Origin: the human T2T-CHM13v2.0 reference genome, Homo sapiens
Assembly (NCBI RefSeq): GCF_009914755.1
Contig: NC_060934.1
Direction: 5' to 3' (one strand)
Length of the DNA stretch: 64,000 bases
A model generated the notes under the pieces. It saw only the letters and a program-made list of their open reading frames with translations, searched no databases and was not told where the DNA came from. The position numbers were made by a program, and so were the translations under genes. Shown here in pieces: positions 60,089 to 64,000 of the stretch (position 1 is its first letter; each line of letters opens with the position of its first letter).

Positions 60089-61063
60089 TCACTCCCCTAC
60101 CCTTGCTCAACAATTGCTCTCTGACTTCTATCACCAAAGATTATTTTCCTGTTCTCGAACTTCATATGAATGAAACCATACATACAAGTATGAACTGTTT
60201 GACTTCTTTCATTAAATGTAATAGTTTTGAAATTCATCCATGTTGTATGGATGTTACCACTCTTTTTTACTATTGAGTGGTAAGCTATTACAGAATATAC
60301 TGTGATGGATTTATTCATTCTGCTGAGGTTAGACACGTGTTGTTTCAAGTTTGGGGCCACTATTCATAAGGCTGCTATGAACATTCTTATAAAAGCCTTT
60401 TTGTGACCATGTTTTCATTTACCTTGGGTAAATACCTAGGAATTGAATTGCTGAGTTATTGCTGATATGTGTATGCTTATTTTATAAGAAAGTGCCAAAT
60501 AATTCTCCAAAGTAGTTGTACTATTTTATAATCCTACCAATAATGCATGAAAGTTCCAGTTACTCCACATTCTTATCAACATGGTCAATCTTTTAATTTT
60601 TTCCCCACCATTCTATCGAGTATGAAATAGTATCTTATTGTGTTTTTGATTTGCATTTTCTTGATGACTTTGTCATCTTGAGGCTTCGTCTACCTTTTCC
60701 TGTACTTACTGGCCAATGATATCACTTCCTTTACCAAGGGTTTGTTTAAGAATTTTGCCCATTTAAAAAACTCAGACTTATTTTTAAATTTATAGGACTT
60801 CTTTTTATACTCTGAATATACCTATGCCATTTATAGGAGCTACGAATATTTTCCCAGTCTGTAGCTTGTCTTTTCAGTTTCTAAATAACATCTTTTGATG
60901 AATAGAAATGTTTAATTTTGATGAAAGCCATTTTATCCATTTTTTTTAATGGTTAGTACCTTTTGTGCTCTGTTCAAAAACTCTGTCTACTCCAAAATTG
61001 TTAAGATGTTCTCTTATGTTTTCTTTCTAAAAGCTTTCGGGTTCTGGGCTTTACATTTAGGTC

Positions 61064-61442
61064 TCAGTTAGTCCATTTTTTTGTTGCTCTAAAGAAATAC
61101 CTGAGGCTGGGTAATTTATCAAGAGAAGTGGTTTATTTTGGTTCATGTTTCTGCAGGCTGTACTGGAAGCTTACAATCACAGTGGACAGTGAAGGCAGAG
61201 CTGGTATGTCACACGGTGAAAGAAGAAGTGAGAGAGAGACGGGGGAAGTGCCAGGCTCTTTAAATGAACAGATCTCATGTGAACTCAGAGCGAGAGCTTA
61301 CTCATTACCATGGAGATGGCACCAAGCCGTTCATGAGGGATCTGTCTCCGTGACCCCAACACCTCCCACCAGGCCCCACCTCCAACATTGGAAATCACAT
61401 TTCAACACGAGATTTGGAAGGACGAACATCCAAACTATATCA
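61064..61442 (-). mobile_element. MST (MSTA/B) MaLR solo LTR
   Basis: aaagaaatacctgaggctgggtaattt...catccaaactatatca; 5-bp TSD AGGTC. Confidence 0.85.
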
Positions 61443-61594
61443 AGGTCTATAATCTATCTCAAGTTAATTCTTGTGTATGTAGTGAGAAAGGGGTTTATTA
61501 TTTTTTTCATGTGAATATTCAATTTTTTTGAGCAATTTTTTTTTTAGAAAGACTTCCCTGTTCTCCGTTAGATTGCTTTGGTCAAAAATCAGTC

Positions 61595-61945
61595 AGCAAA
61601 GCTCACTCTCCCAAGTTGAAACAACTTATGGACAAGAAGTTATTGAAATTAAATGGTGGCAGACATGTCAAAGGGATATTGCAGGGATTTGATCACTTTA
61701 CGAATCTTGTGATAGATGAATGTGTGGAGATGGCAACTAGTGATCAACAGAACAAAATTGGAAAGGTAGTAATATGGAAATAGTATCATCATGTTAGAAG
61801 CCTTGTGACGAGTATAAACAATGGCTGTTCAGCAGGGAAATCCATGCCCCCTCTCCAAGGGGCCTGTTTTATTTTTATGTAAAAATTGGGTCATTTATGT
61901 TTTCATATTAAACTTTTGGTTAAATATACTTTTATGATAGTAAAA
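61595..61945 (+). pseudogene. SNRPG (Sm G) processed pseudogene; possibly the copy named SNRPGP6, name not verified
   Basis: Intronless [72 protein letters not shown]. No ATG, a one-codon deletion, a frameshift near 61775 and a premature TGA at 61806. SNRPG-like 3' UTR, decayed A-tail, and degenerate TSD (aaatcagtcag / aaatcaattag). Confidence 0.93.
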
Positions 61946-61957
61946 CAAATCAATTAG

Positions 61958-62296
<339 letters not shown>

Positions 62297-63210
62297 TCTA
62301 TATGTCTGTGTTTGTGTCAATACCTTGGTGTTTTGATTACTGTAGCTTTAAGTAGTAAGCCTTGAAATCAGGCAGTGCAATGCTACCAACTCCGCTTATC
62401 TTTCAAAACCGTTTTGGCTATTTTGAATCCTTTGCATTTTCATATAAATTTTAGAATCTGCATGTGTATTTCCTCACAAAAAGCCCTGATAGTATTTTAC
62501 TAGGAGTTTCATTGAGTATATAGATTAAGCTAGAGAAAAATCAACATTCAATACTGGACATTCCAATCTATGAACATAATACGTATCTGCATTTATTTAG
62601 GTGTTTTATAATTTTAGTAACATTTTGTACTTTTCATTGTAGAAGTCTTATACATCTTTTTTGTAAGATATTTTCTAAAATATTTTGTGATTTTGGTGAC
62701 TTTATACTTAGTATCACTTTAAATTTAATTTTATAATTGTTCATTGCCAGTGTATACAAATACATTTAATTTTTAATATTGCTTGTGTACCTTGTGATCT
62801 CGCTAAATTCTAGTAGAAATCTAATTCTACTAGATTTTTATGAAGATTCCATAGGATTTTGTTTTTACATACTCACTGACGTCATCTGTAAATAGTGACA
62901 AATTTGAAACTTCTTTTCCAATTTAGATGCCATTTGTTTCGTCTTCTTGCCTAAATGGGCTGGCAAGAACTTCTAGTTCACTGTTGAACACAAGCGGTGA
63001 GAGCAAACAGCCTTCCCCTGTTCCCGGGGAAAGGATTTATTGTTTCACCATTAAGTATGATGCTAACTGTGGCTTGTTTTTTAATGCCTTTTACCAAATT
63101 GAGGAAGCTCCCGTCTATTTCTAGTTAGGTGAATGTTAGCATTCTAATGATCTGTATCCTTATATATTTTATTCCATCTTCAAACATCTTCATGTACATT
63201 TTTAACAAAA

Positions 63211-63554
63211 GCTAAAAAGAAACAAACAAGTAAACAAAAACTGCTGCCAAAGCACTGAAGCTCCCCAAGTGATTCCAGAAGTCAGCTAAAGCTGAGGAAT
63301 ACTCTTAATGGTTCTGGTATTATTGAGTTCCTTGGGAAAGACATTTCTGAGTTGGCCTTTTCAGAGCTGTTGCCCACCTACACATGGTATTGTGTATTTC
63401 AGAGTGGAATTCCTCAATATTTGTTGCAGAAAACAAGCCCTGTCCCAATCCAGGCTTCTTTTCAAAGACCAACTTGTTAAAAATGAGTGAAGGGTAGGTA
63501 CAGGCGGAGAGCAGCCTTCAGAATGTCTTGTGAATTCTCTAAGTTTGTTTGGAG
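63211..63554 (+). repeat. Inverted duplicate (copy 2, probably the source) of 58442-58798; includes a MER5-like end
   Basis: ctgctgccaaagcactgaagctccccaagt...ctctaagtttgtttggag; continues into unique sequence beyond 63554. Confidence 0.92.
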
Positions 63555-64000
63555 CTGAAGTAGGAATGAGCCATCATCCCACTTGTCTTTACTGGACAGA
63601 TCGTGATGCTTAATGTGGAATGCATGTGCCCGTGGATTGACGAGAAAGCTGGTGTCAATGCCAGTCTTCTTCCATGTGATAATCTTTGTTGTCTGCATCA
63701 TCCTTTGAGCTTGACCATCTACTGGATGCAATTGCAAGGGCAATTCAGATAACCCGTTAGTTCACTGACTTGCCGAATATCAACTGAAAAAACCTGATTC
63801 TTTCACTAGGACACAGCATCAGAAACTCTTTTATCTAGTGATCTGTCAATTGCAAGCAAGTATGATTGTGCCATAAAGATCTATTTTGTTGCTGATTGCT
63901 CAGAGCCAAAGATAATTATTTTATTTTTCACACTTTTGGATTGCACTCTTGTAGGAAGGTGTGGATTACACTGCTGTATCTCTGTTTGCTGTTTTGTAAT

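Overview
Primate genomic DNA, most likely human; AT-rich and dense in transposable elements. On the + strand it carries the last four coding exons and 3' UTR of CCDC172 (C10orf96): 9372-9473, 9828-9930, 30400-30487 and 31300-31335 (stop). Spliced, they read (E)[108 protein letters not shown]. From memory this gene lies at 10q25.3 upstream of PNLIPRP3, which is not in the window. The remaining ~32 kb is intergenic and holds a 540-bp polypurine tract, a cluster of solo ERV LTRs (LTR12C, LTR1, MER31-like), an SNRPG processed pseudogene, and many Alu, L1, L2, MIR, MaLR and DNA-transposon relics. None of the supplied six-frame ORFs looks like an independent gene, and I found no evidence of a new multi-gene system. 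The most notable observations are structural or regulatory: (1) a ~4.7-kb inversion that splits one L1 at consecutive consensus positions, with a ~350-bp inverted duplication and breakpoint microhomology; (2) a sense MSTA LTR that probably supplies the CCDC172 poly(A) signal; (3) an antisense L1 fragment inside a CCDC172 splice-acceptor region; (4) an intact LTR12C promoter facing a convergent LTR1; (5) several small templated insertions. Repeat subfamily names were assigned by eye from remembered consensus sequences and need RepeatMasker/Dfam confirmation.
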